DNA of 63,610 nt, counting the filler, from Choristocarpus tenellus KU-1152 (taxonomy: Eukaryota > Protista > Phaeophyceae): assembly GCA_964200185.2 (NCBI GenBank). It is 8 parts of 8 records of this genome, joined end to end, with 100 filler letters (N's around TTAATTAATTAA, not from the genome) between each part and the next. Parts side by side here need not be neighbours in the genome. Positions count along the whole stretch, not along the records: positions 26,541 to 39,419 come from CAXNAD020001677.1; positions 39,520 to 43,859 come from CAXNAD020015033.1; positions 43,960 to 55,404 come from CAXNAD020002313.1; 5 more parts are not named here. One strand, given 5' to 3'. The notes beneath the pieces were generated by a model. That model saw nothing but the letters and a program-made list of their open reading frames with translations. It made no database searches and had not been told where the DNA came from. Made by a program: the position numbers and the translations under genes. Shown piece by piece: positions 39,001-52,029 of the stretch. Positions within the stretch are counted from its first letter, which is position 1; each line of letters opens with the position of its first letter.

Positions 39001-41410
39001 GACAAAGAAATGTGCGTGCAATGCATTTGTGTGCGCGTGCGGATGTGGATCTGGACTGAGATCAGCCTCCAAAGAGACAGAGACCTGTCCGTCACATTCC
39101 CTCATGTAACTTATTGGGAGAAGGCCTCTTAAAGGTATGTGTTACCATTTTAGACGTGGGATGTGTCCATATGTGTCCAACAAATAATGATTTAACTAAA
39201 CTATATTTCATATACCAATAGAGAAAATGTACAAATGTTTGTACATGAAGGATGAAGGAGTAGCGAAGGTGCACAAATAATTTCTACGCTGGAATCTTGT
39301 ACTACAAATCGTGTACTGAGTACAACTCAATGTTGAGGAATGGTGTACAAATCACAATCTAACAGCCTCTCACCAAAATTGAGGATGGAGCATACTATGG
39401 AGGATGGGTTTGACCCAAANNNNNNNNNNNNNNNNNNNNNNNNNNNNNNNNNNNNNNNNNNNNTTAATTAATTAANNNNNNNNNNNNNNNNNNNNNNNNN
39501 NNNNNNNNNNNNNNNNNNNCCCCCTCCCAAATACTTTGAGCCAGACTGGGTTGTAAATAGTCGATACATCCGAGAAAGGCATGAGAAAACAAATCAGCCT
39601 GGTGAGGGCGAACTTGATGTGTGATCAACACATTAGCAAACTAGTTGGAGGGAGGTCCGATGGTACTGAATCAGTGTAATGCACATTATAAACTAACCAA
39701 TAATATACAAGGAGATACATCCAACACCAACCAGCATGCAGTGGGGTGTAACATATATTTCTTGCCTTATGCACTCAACAGAGGATACCCAGCGATAATG
39801 CATACATACATACATACAGCAAAGGGGAACGGAATGAAAAGAAACAAGTGAACATCACGAGAAGGTCAACGAAAAACCTTCCTTCGATTGTACACACACA
39901 GAAAGAACTCCTTGCATTATGTCAAGAGATATTCAATGTCTTGACCATGAAATCATTGGTGATGATGATGATGATGATGGTAAGTACTCGATGAGATATG
40001 CTTGTAGTTGTTATTATTACTATTGTAACTTACTCACCAAGCGTTCTAATCGGCGACTGTTCGGCGAACGGTTTTGTTACATACGATTACAGAATATACA
40101 TACATACAAAAAAAATAAGAACTCGATAATAACTATGAACATGAACTCGGGATAAAAATATCTTAATGTGAGTTACCTGACAACGTACAAGGTTCAGTCA
40201 TGTGCCTGTTGTTAGGTGTGAGCTCTTCAATCGGTTGTAGCCCAAATGTTGTGAAGTGAGTAACACCTACATATAGGCACACGAACATACATATATATAT
40301 ATATATATATAATAGATACGTCCACAATTGCACACACGTACTTCAAGTACATGGATGATGAAATAATATAAAGAGTAAAGCAGAGAATGAAAGATAATGA
40401 CATACGAAAACAGTCACCCTTTTGCACAGCGTGTGCCCTTATTCTCTGATCACCCTTCCGTGGGGTGAAAGAGTCCCCTACCCATGTCACCTTTCTATTT
40501 GTAACACCATTCACCACATCTACATCGAATCCTCTTATCTCTCTATCATGTGAGCTTCTCAGAAGTAGGTACTCTTCACTATCCCCTGATTTTAAACCCC
40601 AAACCACGTACTCCGTAGATAATATAATGAACAAAGGTCAGGTAAATATGAAGACAACTTGCACGCCCCCCAAAACAGTGATCATGTCGTCACTACCGAC
40701 CACGTCGAACCAAACCTATACAAATAGAATTTTCCTACTCCCACTTCCAGGTGGTGTGAAAAAAATGAACTCCTTTCATATGAATGGTCTCTTACAACCA
40801 GAAAGATGAAATTCCTTCCACAAATATTTTTCTCTTCTATTATAAAACTAATGATTACCCAAGCAAGCTTTTCATACCACACAGTATACGTTTCTTATTC
40901 TCCCACTAAAATGCTAGGATGCCGTACTCATAGCTTACATTAAGCAACAATTGCTGCACTCCTGCATGTACAGGCTACGAAAAATAGGTAAAATATGACT
41001 CTTAAAGCAACATGCGTAGAAGGCCTTGCAGACTATCCTCTAGAAGGACGAAGTTAGTATAGGAAACCTCCCCCCATCAATCCCTGCCTCGTACAATGAT
41101 TCCCCAGAGTTGTGAGAAGATTTGTGGACACGCAGATACCGCGTAAGTATCACATAGTATGTATCCAGAGTAAAGCGCCTCAGTGCGTGCATACACTAGT
41201 GAAAGCATATGATATCGTCCCTACTGTCATCTCACATTGTGAAGCACACAATAAAAACATATCTTGTAGCCAAAACGCCACCTGATGGAAAACCATAACT
41301 TCCACACTGCCTGTCTGAATTATCCTTGTTTCACCTTCTAATAATAGCCACAGAGCACTACATCCCCCAAAATTCTCCCCACCCCGCCGCCTCCATCAGA
41401 AGATTTGCAG

Positions 41411-41443
<33 letters not shown>

Positions 41444-41482
41444 TGCACATGGGCAAAACAATCGCACTGATTCTACTTGGCA

Positions 41483-42683
41483 TCATGAAGTGAGACGGAA
41501 ACTCCGCGCCACCTGTCTCAGCCTCCTCTCCCTCTGCCCGCCCCATCTATCTTCCGGGTTCAACACCGTTACTGTGAACAGGGTGCTTCCCCTCGCAGCG
41601 ATCACACCAATATTGTGCACTCGAAACCCGGGCCCTCTTACAAGGTACTCAAACTGATAGACCAGGCCTCCAGGTAGACGTTCTTCGCCAAAGGCGTCGA
41701 TCAGCTCCCATTCCTTACCTGCCCGAGGGGGGGGAAGGAGGGGTAATATATATGTCTGTCTGTCTGTATGTATATTGCTTGTTAGCATTCTTGTCAACAC
41801 GCAGCAGTGTCTCGTCAAATGAGAGCCGACAGGAAGAGGACGACGACAACAAGGGTTGAGAACTGACACACATGTTTGTTGCGATCGAACTCCTCTGCCG
41901 GTTGATGCATTCTGTGGGTTGCACTTAAGACCATCCCTCGTGCAACAAGGTAACAATCACTTGGGTGGAGTAGGGGTTACATCATGTGTCCCCACTCACT
42001 CACTCATTCACTCTCTCTCTCTCTCTATATATATATATATGAAGTATATATTCGCACAGAATTAATGTACCAAAATTGGAGTCTGTTGGGTGAAACGCGA
42101 TGGCGCTCGAGACGGTTCAAACGGACCAATCGATGCTGTTCTTCGAGAAGCCAAACGCGAACGGACTCTGAACTTCACTGTGCCGAGTATGAGATTTGAT
42201 TGTTCTACTAGAGAGAGGCAGTGATTTGTTGTTGGTTATATTCACCACAACATAGATCAAGGCCGATAAAGGCACTGTTGTTACTCAGGGCGAGTACTAT
42301 ATCGGTCAAATACCTTTTATGTCCACTCTTAGTTGTGGTTCAAGAAAAAAAAACATTTACACTATGCCAAATTCACTTTCTCCTCACCGTGAGTACACTA
42401 AAAAAGAATAAAATAGATTAATCATTTACACAGACACACACACACACACACAAGATGCAATACAAAAACCTGCTACAAATACTATTATTGCTAAATGGGA
42501 GGGATTGCAATGTTGTTGCTAAACTAGAGGGCGATGTGTGCTGCTGACCTGAGCCTGGTGGGGCTATGAATGATGAGAGGAGCTTGGTTGCTGCTTCTTG
42601 AGGCGTTCCCATCGTGCCTTGCATAGAAAAGCCTCCCATGAGTTGACTCTTCACCACAGACAGGTTCTCACGTCCATCCCCAC
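41483..42683 (-). CDS. PPD7: PsbP-domain thylakoid lumen protein (PPD7-like), 5'-partial; exons 42683-42549 and 41718-41483
   Basis: Phase-1 junctions give GDGRENLSVVKSQLMGGFSMQGTMGTPQEAATKLLSSFIAPPGSGKEWELIDAFGEERLPGGLVYQFEYLVRGPGFRVHNIGVIAARGSTLFTVTVLNPEDRWGGQRERRLRQVARSFRLTS*. PsbP-fold motifs (ENLSV, GTP, YQFEY, LFT, W, SF) are present; the HN+xV..ARG motif resembles plant PPD7. Confidence 0.88.
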
Positions 42684-42721
42684 CTGCCTCCCTCCAGTTG
42701 TTAACATTCGACAGGTATGAG

Positions 42722-42763
42722 GTAAGGCTGAAGTAAGGCTAAAGTAAGGCTGAAGTAAGCCTG
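42722..42763. repeat. 11-bp tandem repeat, ~3.8 copies
   Basis: gtaaggctgaa gtaaggctaaa gtaaggctgaa gtaagcctg. Confidence 0.85.
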
Positions 42764-43198
42764 TGTGAATACACGTACTGTAGTTGAATTCGGTGAAAAC
42801 CTCAATTAAAAGGTCGATTGATGACAAAGAGATAATCTAAGACTTCATGGAACAGCATCGTGACACCACTACAATTATAAACCCAAACAATCTTTGGTTT
42901 TGATGTAAATATCATTATAATAGGCAAGTCCGTTTCATTTTCTTTAAAGTAGACAAAAAAAGGTAAAGATGCTTTGCATGTTATAGGAAATAGGACATTC
43001 CGAAAATACAACCTTCTCTATTACTGTCAGCAACACTGAACCACAGAAAAGAATTAATACGCACACACACACACACACACACATCAGGGGTTCTACTTAC
43101 ATATTCTTGTGATGGGGTTAGGGTTAGCTACAGGTAGTTGTAACCTGTCTTGTGAGCAAAGCCAATGCAGTCCAACATACAACACAAGCACTTCTTAT

Positions 43199-43455
43199 GA
43201 GTCAAAGTATCTTAGATGGTAGATCGCGTCCATTTGGGTGCAAACTCCAATGTTGCGATTTTGATGTAATGTTGGTTATCATGTTTGTTAGGAAGTGTCA
43301 ATATCCATGTTCTGGGCACACCTTTTCATAATGTATACATCTTACCTACTCCTAAACATTTTGGACTAGGAAAATGTCACAATAAAACCTATTGGAAGCC
43401 AAGCCCCAAATGGACAAACAGGGCAAAACTTGTACCCTCAAAGATACTTTCACTC
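43199..43455 (-). mobile_element. MITE family 1, copy D (TSD TAT)
   Basis: GAGTCAAAGTATCTTAGATGGTAG...GTACCCTCAAAGATACTTTCACTC, in reverse orientation. Confidence 0.93.
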
Positions 43456-43655
43456 TATATTGGAATTTAATTGGTCTGCGGGTGGTACGACAATATTTTC
43501 CAGTATATAGTGTGCATCTGACCATGAGTCGGAGGTAGGCGGGGCTGAGGGAGTGGTATCCTATGTCGAGGCTAAGGTGAGGCAGACGGACTGGAGGGAG
43601 TGTGGCCTCTGTTTTGCATCAGTATGTTGGCTGTAGCAGTCGAAACGTAACAAAC

Positions 43656-43691
<36 letters not shown>

Positions 43692-44369
43692 TGACACGCC
43701 TCATCATTATACACTCCTTCTGTATACACCACTTTCACATCAAGTAAAAAAAAAAATCTCGTGCAAAAAAAATATGTATATTTTTGGTACTCTTAGTATG
43801 ATATATACACCTGTACAACTCGTACAGACTGTACATAGACTGGTGTACGCCCTGACCCCNNNNNNNNNNNNNNNNNNNNNNNNNNNNNNNNNNNNNNNNN
43901 NNNTTAATTAATTAANNNNNNNNNNNNNNNNNNNNNNNNNNNNNNNNNNNNNNNNNNNNGTGTAGACCCCCCCCTCCCCCAGATACTTTGGGTTCCTTCC
44001 TGCAATTAACTTCCAGTCCCTCCTCCCCCTACTGCATAGGCGGGTAACTCATTCAAGAAACTCTCTGTTTGCTTGCTAAGGTGCCCAGAACTATCTACTG
44101 CGAAGGTGTTGAGATTTAAACTACAAGAGTCAAAAGATACCTTGTACTGGGTGCCCCTTTACAGTTCAACGGCCTATCGTGATAATCGGTGTTACGCATA
44201 TGCTGTGTGTGCTGATACAAGCATATAACACAGTGCGACACTTCAATGTACGTATTTTGTGTAATTTTCGGCATAGTAGTGCCGTACAAAGCGGTATGAT
44301 GAGTCGGTCATTGTTTGTAGGTCAGGTGATGGGTGATTAAGAAAGGGGCCCACACCAAATAGTCAATGG

Positions 44370-45000
44370 TTAGTGTATGTTTACGATGTAACCTAGCAGC
44401 AGCTCTGGGTGATGAGCCTTTGCACGTGAAGTTTATCAACACGCCTACGACAGCAGCTACACAATTGCTGGTGGACAAATGCTGTAAGCGGCAGGCTCCT
44501 TGAACCTCCGCAAAAGCAACATCCAGAGGGAGGACTTTGTCTTGGTAGGGAGTGGAGCCAGCGTCTGAGAGTGCCCCATCATAGAACAGCACATCCACGT
44601 GGAAATCCCGGTCAACTGTAAATGGACTGCCACCCTCTCTATACAGTGCAACGGACGCTCATTCCTCTGCAGAGTTGTGCTTGGCGTTTCACCATTGGAA
44701 TGTGCTCATGCATCTTGTCCTCCCGCCCTAGGGCAGGTCTGGGCAGGTCTGGTGTTGACATTGGGCCTCCTACACCAGACACAGGGCACCTGTTGGATAG
44801 AGCCTCCTCCCTCCCTTCTGGCGGTGAGTCTAAACTCTATAGGAGGAATCTGGCATGTTGGTTCTAAGGGTTGTGTTGAGGCCCATGGATTGGCCCCTTT
44901 TCCACATCAGCTCTGGTGTCAGGCTAGTGCTAGCGAAGTACTTCGTCTCCCTTGTTCCTATGCATCATGAGGAAGCATAGCAAAGTGGAATCCTGCATAT
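44370..45000 (-). mobile_element. CRE-like non-LTR retrotransposon 3' fragment
   Basis: GGSPFTVDRDFHVDVLFYDGALSDAGSTPYQDKVLPLDVAFAEVQ is homologous to 38440-39000. Confidence 0.7.
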
Positions 45001-46438
45001 TCCTGGGAATTTTCACTTTATGAAATAGTAGCAACTCCTGTGGTCAAAGTCTCGCGTACGGTAAATTACCATCCAAATATTGTACTCATTACTGCGGTAA
45101 TTGCTACCCTGACCAGCCTTGTTTAAAGTAACCGATCCTATAAAACTAATCAATTAAGCACCCCACACTGCAGGTTCTACATGGAGGTACGTTCCTTAAT
45201 CGATGTATAACACGGCATCATGTCTTAATCAGACTACCACAACGATCCTTCAACTTCAATCTTCAATTTCAATCTTCAACTCCTCCACCCCACTTTATTG
45301 ACTGGTGTTGTGCTGGTGTCTGATTATGTGAACCCTTTATAGAATGACGCAGAACTCAATTTCATTTGGGATATGAGTTGACCATCTGCAGTTTTACTTG
45401 TGGAGCTGAAATGGAGAACCGTCTCGGGCATGGAGGGCTCAGTTCCCTGGTCAGCTTTAAGGTTTTCTTCATCATGATTTGCACCTTTCTTGGGCAGTGG
45501 TAAACATATCTTGAGTATTGTGTGGCTCGAATTGAAGATCTGCAATGTGCTGAAGCGCACAGTGATCTATGCACTGCAATAGTTTTGATCCTTCTTCGGC
45601 TTTCCCTGACCTCCAAAATTAGGTTTCAGTACTTTTTCATCTTGATTTGGACTGTTCTTGGGAACTGGTACACGAATTGGAGTGGTGCGTAGCTCGAAAT
45701 GACGTTCTGGTATAGGAAACGGATATTACCTAACCGCAATCTGATCCGTTCTCTGTGATCGTATTGAGCCTTCTTCGAACTTCCCCTCACCTACCAGTTC
45801 TTTTTTGTTGAGTGTGAGTGTGTACATATGAAAAGAAAGCGTCGAAAAAGATAAGTTCACAAAAAATGATACCAAGTCTTAACACAGTTTGTGTAATGAA
45901 TAGATTATAGTGTTTTAGTGAACCGTTGTCCATATGGAGTGTAATAAAATTGACCATCTCATTATAAAAAAAAGTGTTCTGAATGTGGTGTTAATGTTCT
46001 GTTATTTCACTTATCCGTTATCGTGCTGAGTATACTCGTGTGGGGTTGTGAGTCTAGTACTGAGAGGAGAGGAGGGAGTGTACCTGAATCTTGTGAACAA
46101 GTTTGGATGATGGAAATGTGTGAATCTTGGAGATACTTGCAGGCTATCACATTATTGTGACTCTCATAAAAAATGTTCCGAGAATCATCATAAACCTCTA
46201 ATGATAGTTGTGGTGGTGCTTTGAAGTGTGCGAAAAATGGAAAAGAACTACTGTGACAATATGTTACACATGTGACTGTACATGCGTCAGCGGTTTTCAC
46301 TGACATCAGCTCTTATGGGACCTGTCTATCTGTGTCCACAGCAACAGTATAGTACTTCGAATACTATATATATTATTTTGCCCTCTGATATTTTGGAGAT
46401 GTATCAGGGCGAAAACCAATGAAAAGTCAATTAAATAT

Positions 46439-47500
46439 ATGTATGGACAATTTTTTTATAACCATGTTATTGTTGGACCTAGAGGTTGTTCCCTTTGAAG
46501 ATAAATAACAAAAGTGAGTTTTACACCAATAAAGAAACGATACTGACATGTAAATAGTTTCATTGTTTTTCCCCTTGACATTTTGTTGATGCGTGAGGGA
46601 AAAGGCAGAATCTAGATTTCCATCCACAATTAATTTTTTAATTGTACCGCAATACCCACAACCGAAAAAAAAGTATGTAATATGTGGGAAATGATGGATA
46701 TTATTTATATTATTATGTTTTCTCACATTTTGGTGATGTGTCGGGGAAAAGTCAACTCCATATTGTAAGGACTCCTGTATAGTAACAGTTGTAAATTTGA
46801 AAGATATCTCTCCAATATCTATTTGCTATTTGACTGCCAGGTATACTACAACTCCTGCTATTCCTCCAACCTAGCTTAGCCCTACACCACAGGGCGAGGA
46901 GGTAGGAAAGCATCCCAAGAATCTGACAGGCCCCTACTTGCCCGTCTCCCTGGTGTCTCTAGGTTGAAACGGATGACACTTCTTGATAGAGCCACTCGTG
47001 TTGCGACAAGACACTATCTGTCGTAAACGGGATTTGAAGGCGTATTTCCTCCCGTTACCTCCCACCCCTCTCCCCCTTTCCTCATCTGTTGCCAGCGCAT
47101 CCAGAAAACTTTCTGGTTGCTTACCGAGGCATCCAAAACTTTCTACTGGGGAGGTGTTGAGGTTAAAACTATTATTGAAAATGTCAAAGGGTGCGATAAA
47201 TTTATTTGAACTGTACGAAAAAATTACTATGCCCTCTAACATTTTGTAGATGTGTGAAAATATAGTATATAGTATGTGGGAAACGACGGATAAAGAATCT
47301 TGTCTTTGTCTTCGTTTCAAATCTTACTATTTACAGATGCACAAAAAAGGGTCCCTTCATCGACTCATTGTCTACAACATGACAATCGGGAAAATAAATA
47401 AATTAAAAACTTTATGTGGAGAACGGACATACCCCGGACATATCTTCAAAATTAAAATTTCAGCGACCAGAACAAAAGGTTACACGATGTCATATAGAGT
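46439..47500 (+). pseudogene. Decayed NCLDV major-capsid-like gene (interrupted)
   Basis: N-terminal IVGPRGCSL...SFTPIKKRY*HVNSF (cf. AxGxQD...FKxxYxRHTxF), HFGDVSGKSQLHI (cf. GDLLxxxxLxI), and C-terminal IKISATRTKGYTM (cf. IFAxNYN). Many stops. Confidence 0.35.
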
Positions 47501-48899
47501 CAAGACACTTTTTTTTCTAATGGCATTAAATATGAGATCAAGAGATCCGCCACTGGATAAAACAAGAGCCACCAATGAACCAGTAAAGTTGCATACAACA
47601 GTGTTTTGTCCTGCAACTGTATTGTTGTTAAATCCGTCGACACACAACTCACAATCACCCACACACACACACCAAAGACTGACACCCAACTTCACAATCA
47701 CTCCCAATATACAACCTACAAAGTATATCATAAGCTTTTCTTGCACAACATCTTCTACTACAACGATGGACGAGCAGATTACGCCTCCCAGCCGCGCCAA
47801 TGTCGGGAGTGGCACATCCTTCGTGAGTAACTGATCGTCGAGACTCCTCATCCACGTTGACTCCCCTATTATTTATCGTAAATCTCAGGGGTGATCACTT
47901 ATCTGCTGAACTCTCTGCCACAGAAATCAATAGAGAAAGATGTCTTTCCTCTGCACTAAAAGAAGGCTCGCTCGTCTTATTCAAGTTTACCGTACTGCTT
48001 TTGTTGGGTACGACTTTGTGATCTTAAGGGTGCCACGAAATTGGTTCAGGGCTAGGTAGCCGGCAAATGATTCGTTGTTGCCCATGTTGTGTCATGTGGC
48101 TGCGTTGATAACTTCCCTCTCCACTTAGTAAATGGTATCCAACCTATTAACCATCCTCTCACTTCTGCAGGACTTCTTCTACAAGTCCACATCCTCGGCG
48201 CCTTCACTTGAGAGGTTCATGGGATCATCTTCCTTACCCCTCAAGAAGTGAATGGCTACTGGAGAATAGACATCAGTGACCTGCTAGGTGTATGCTGAAG
48301 ATTGCAATTGGTGGTCAACCCCTAGTCCTTATTCCTCAATGCATTGTATGACTACGTCTAGCGACTAGACTTCAGATCGCGAGAAAGTACACCCTTCTTG
48401 TAAGTTAGACAAGGGTATCACCCCCTTATTTACATGCTCTTTTATGCTGTTATCAATTGACACAGCTTAGCTTGTTGTGCGACCTTTTGTAGCCTTTTCA
48501 ACTCTGCAAGCAAAGTTGTATCTTAAAATGCCAATCGACGAGCAGATATTTTCATTTTTATGTTTCGTTCTCTCGAGTTTTACTTATCTCATATTTTGGA
48601 TACGTAAATTGATAGTGAAACTCGAGTAGAAGAATGGAATGTTGGTTATGTTTGACGAGTCCAAGTATCTCCGTCTCTGAGGTCAGTGGGTTTCCCCTGC
48701 CCTTAGAACTAGAGAGTCCAGATTTTTTTATTTGGAGGTTTGAGGATGTGTGAATTCAGTAAACTACGTAAGATCAAAGTCTAGTTGAGTAGATTGCAGC
48801 AGCTTTGAGATTTTCCTCCCTCTACAACTCTTAATGTGGACTGCATATTGTATGGCTTGAATCGATTAGATGGAAAGCATGGACAGCAGGACAGCAGTG

Positions 48900-50220
48900 T
48901 ACGCCACGAATTGTTATTTATTAATATAAGGTTCTTTTTTTAATATGGTCTTCGTGAGGTTCCTGCCTGGGATGCAGGGTAGATTCCATCTAAATCTGTT
49001 GTGCTTATGTGGCTAAGGGTCCATAATTCTCCTCTGGATTGAAACGATAAACACATAGGCACGTAAAACTGCTAAGGTATCAACATCAATGAGTACCATG
49101 GCTATCTATGTTGCTTGTCCACAGGTCTGTATGGATTGGGTCAGGATAAAGCAATGCTGTTTGAAGTTTGATACGTAAGAAGTTGATACTAAGATCTATA
49201 TGGATGCAGCGAACAGATGTAATACCACCATCGCCGTGAAAGAGTGGTGCGTCTAGGGACTGTTGGGCACAAGGAGGCTGATGTTACACAATAAAGTGGT
49301 TAGGTATGTGGCCAATTAACTGTTGCCAGAAAAGGGTCTGCCAGAGGACGGATTGATGTGCGGGATGGGGTGATAAGTGGACTCTGTTCTTCAGAGACAA
49401 GCTTTCCGTCAACCACAGCTTTATCCTCATTCCAAGTAAGTGCCACAACCGCAGCCCACAACCGTTTATATATATACTCAAGCGTACAACTCATCAAACA
49501 CAGAGCTGTGTGAAAAAGTCTGATTGCCAATGTGATGGCACTTGTCAATAGTGAGACTGAGACTCTTGAATACTAAACATGATAATCGCTCAATGGGAGT
49601 TGCTGCAATATGTTCGATCGTCCGAGTGCATGTCATTTTGTAGACGAGTGGAATCCTCTTCATCAAGCACGAGAAATGGTCATCACGAGTTGAGGCGCAG
49701 GAACAAGGCACACAAGAGAATGTTGTTCCAAGGGACACCAGGAGAAATAATGGAAGATTATCCCTGCCATACGTTCATCTGAGGCACATATATCAACATG
49801 CTAACACATAACAAACTAAGAGCAGATCACAGTCCCACCTTAGCCCTTCAGACTGCGTTAATTAGGGAGTGGATCCCATAGCTATATCTATCAAAGTTCT
49901 CCAACCTTCGGAAGGTCCAATGAATAAAGTCCTTAACCCTGTGACCCACATAAAACTTGACATACGCGCTTGGATTGTCCATCTGGTTTGGGCTGCAGGA
50001 GGTAGGCTACAAAAGTAGTTTTAGTATGGAGGAATGCCTACAAATCCACTCACTCGCAATTTGAGCACGACACTTGAACAATGAGAACTAACAGAGTGGC
50101 AAATGATGCCAATCTTTCGCCGGTGAACACTAGCGGTCAGGAACTGAGTGCAACCAAGCCAAATATACCTGAGAGATGCTTGCCTGCCCGCTAGTTGCAA
50201 GCAAATAGGCAAGTACCCCT
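48900..50220 (-). mobile_element. Highly decayed non-LTR RT remnant (possibly CRE-like)
   Basis: Only a weak motif order is visible (CxSVSS, LDL, CPLEQHSLVCLVP). Confidence 0.25.
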
Positions 50221-50540
50221 AAAATGTGCCTATGGGTACAACAAGCTCTCGGAGAATGTAACAGAACAACAAGCGAGGGTAATGAGATTTGAGTTTCACT
50301 CGACTCCACAACAATAATTTACAAGACGTGTACTTTACAAATAAATTAATTGCTACACACCCTCTAGCGCAAGTTAGAGAAGTCCACACCATGGCAGCAT
50401 ACGATGCAGCAGGGACACCCAGATGAGCCCAACAGGAATTTTTGTGTCTCCTCCTCAGGGTGTCTGTCCTTTGGAGTCAAAGCAATTGAGGGGTAGTTAG
50501 GTTTGGACTTTTTTTCATTTTAAGCCGTTTTTTTTTAAGC

Positions 50541-51515
50541 GTGCAGTTTAACTGATTTCTTACTTCTCTGTGCTGAATAGAGGGTGGTCACCGCAAATGG
50601 AAATATGGCCTTAAATGCGCAAAGTCTTCCAGTGCTGAGGTGGTCCATCCCAAACGGAGAAGCAAGACCCGTGGTGAAGAATATTTAGGATCCTCCAATA
50701 ACCTCATTATGAGAAAATATCCAGACACAAATATACTTGTCCCACCTTCTGAATGATGTTTAATTGTTACATATTTCACTACGACGAATCATTCTTGTAA
50801 TTTTGATCGAACTGCAACTACTACGACCAAATAGTGAAATTAACAGGCACAAGAACACCACCACAAAAAAGAACAGACGATAACAATCTTCCTGAACACA
50901 TTAGCTGTGCAATTTAAGCCATTTCTTACTTTTTTGGTTCATAAAAGAGGGTGGTTTGAAATAAATGGAAATATGGTCCTCCCTCTTGCAATGAGGTCCC
51001 CCATCCCAAACGGAAGAATAAGAGTTGTGGTTAAGAATATTTAGGGTCCTCCACTGAGATTGTGAGAGAAATGAGAGAAATTATCTTAGAGAGTACGAGT
51101 TTTGCCCTTTTTGTCCGATTGGGGCTTGGCTTCTCAAGTTTTTTTAATGACATGTTCCTACTCTTAGATGAATCGGAGTAGGTAAAATGTGCACGTTATG
51201 AAAAGGTGTGTCCAGAACAAGGATATTGACACTTCCTAACAAAAAGACAGTCAAAATTACATAATAATCGCAACATTGGATCTTGGCCCCCAAACAGACG
51301 TGGCTCTACCTTCTAAGATACTTTGACTCAAATATCCAGACACAATAAAATTATTTTGTTCCATCTTGTGTATTATGTTAATTGCTATATATATATTGCA
51401 CTGGCAATTAATTGTACTTTAGAGCGGAGTACTATTCATAGTAGTACCAATTTGAAACAAACAAGGACAAGAGCAACACTACACAACTAAATAGATGGCA
51501 CTATTCTGCACACAC
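50541..51515 (-). repeat. Diverged tandem duplication (~365-bp unit); two paralogous small pseudogenes, the second carrying a MITE
   Basis: Shared blocks include AAATGGAAATATGG, CCATCCCAAACGGA, AAGAATATTTAGG and ATATCCAGACACAA. Minus-strand WRILNILHHGSCFSVWDG aligns with WRTLNILNHNSYSSVWDG. Confidence 0.8.
51073..51329 (+). mobile_element. MITE family 1, copy E (TSD AAAT)
   Basis: GAGAGAAATTATCTTAGAGAGTACGAG...TACCTTCTAAGATACTTTGACTC. The empty paralogous site is at ~50710-50730. Confidence 0.93.
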
Positions 51516-52029
51516 CCTTCTACTTAGAAGTCTTGGATAAGAAATAGTATACACGTTCAAACTTCGAAGGAAAACACCGTAGTAGAAAGTATGCATTTTT
51601 TTATGCAACAATTGTTTTAACTGCTTCTAATAATGTGAAAATGCGAACTCAAAGGAACCACACAAATAGGCTGTATATTTAATGTATGTGTGTACATCCG
51701 TGAAATAAACACGGTGGAAAACTGATGTTGAACAAAAAACGTTCAAAAATTGCGAAGGATTGAATAATACAAACAAAATCGTTTTGGGAGTCTATCCTCA
51801 AAAATGTGCATCTGGACAAAAAATAGGTATCAAATTTAGACACGAGGACAAGGAAGAAAACTACAAAACCGAAAAGATGTGGTGAGCAATATCAGTATTA
51901 GTGTGTAGTATATTGTAAAAGTTGACACACTGCAACAAATATCAACTACGGTTTGCGTGTTGAATAGGTGATGGGCTGGGAATCCCGAACGTTAAAACAT
52001 CTCGATCATTTTCTCATTTGACATGGTCA

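Noticed and set aside
43090-43610. Candidate upstream exons for the PsbP-domain gene
   Set aside because: Phases do not join and the expected AFGPPG-like motif is absent; the real exons are probably off-contig.
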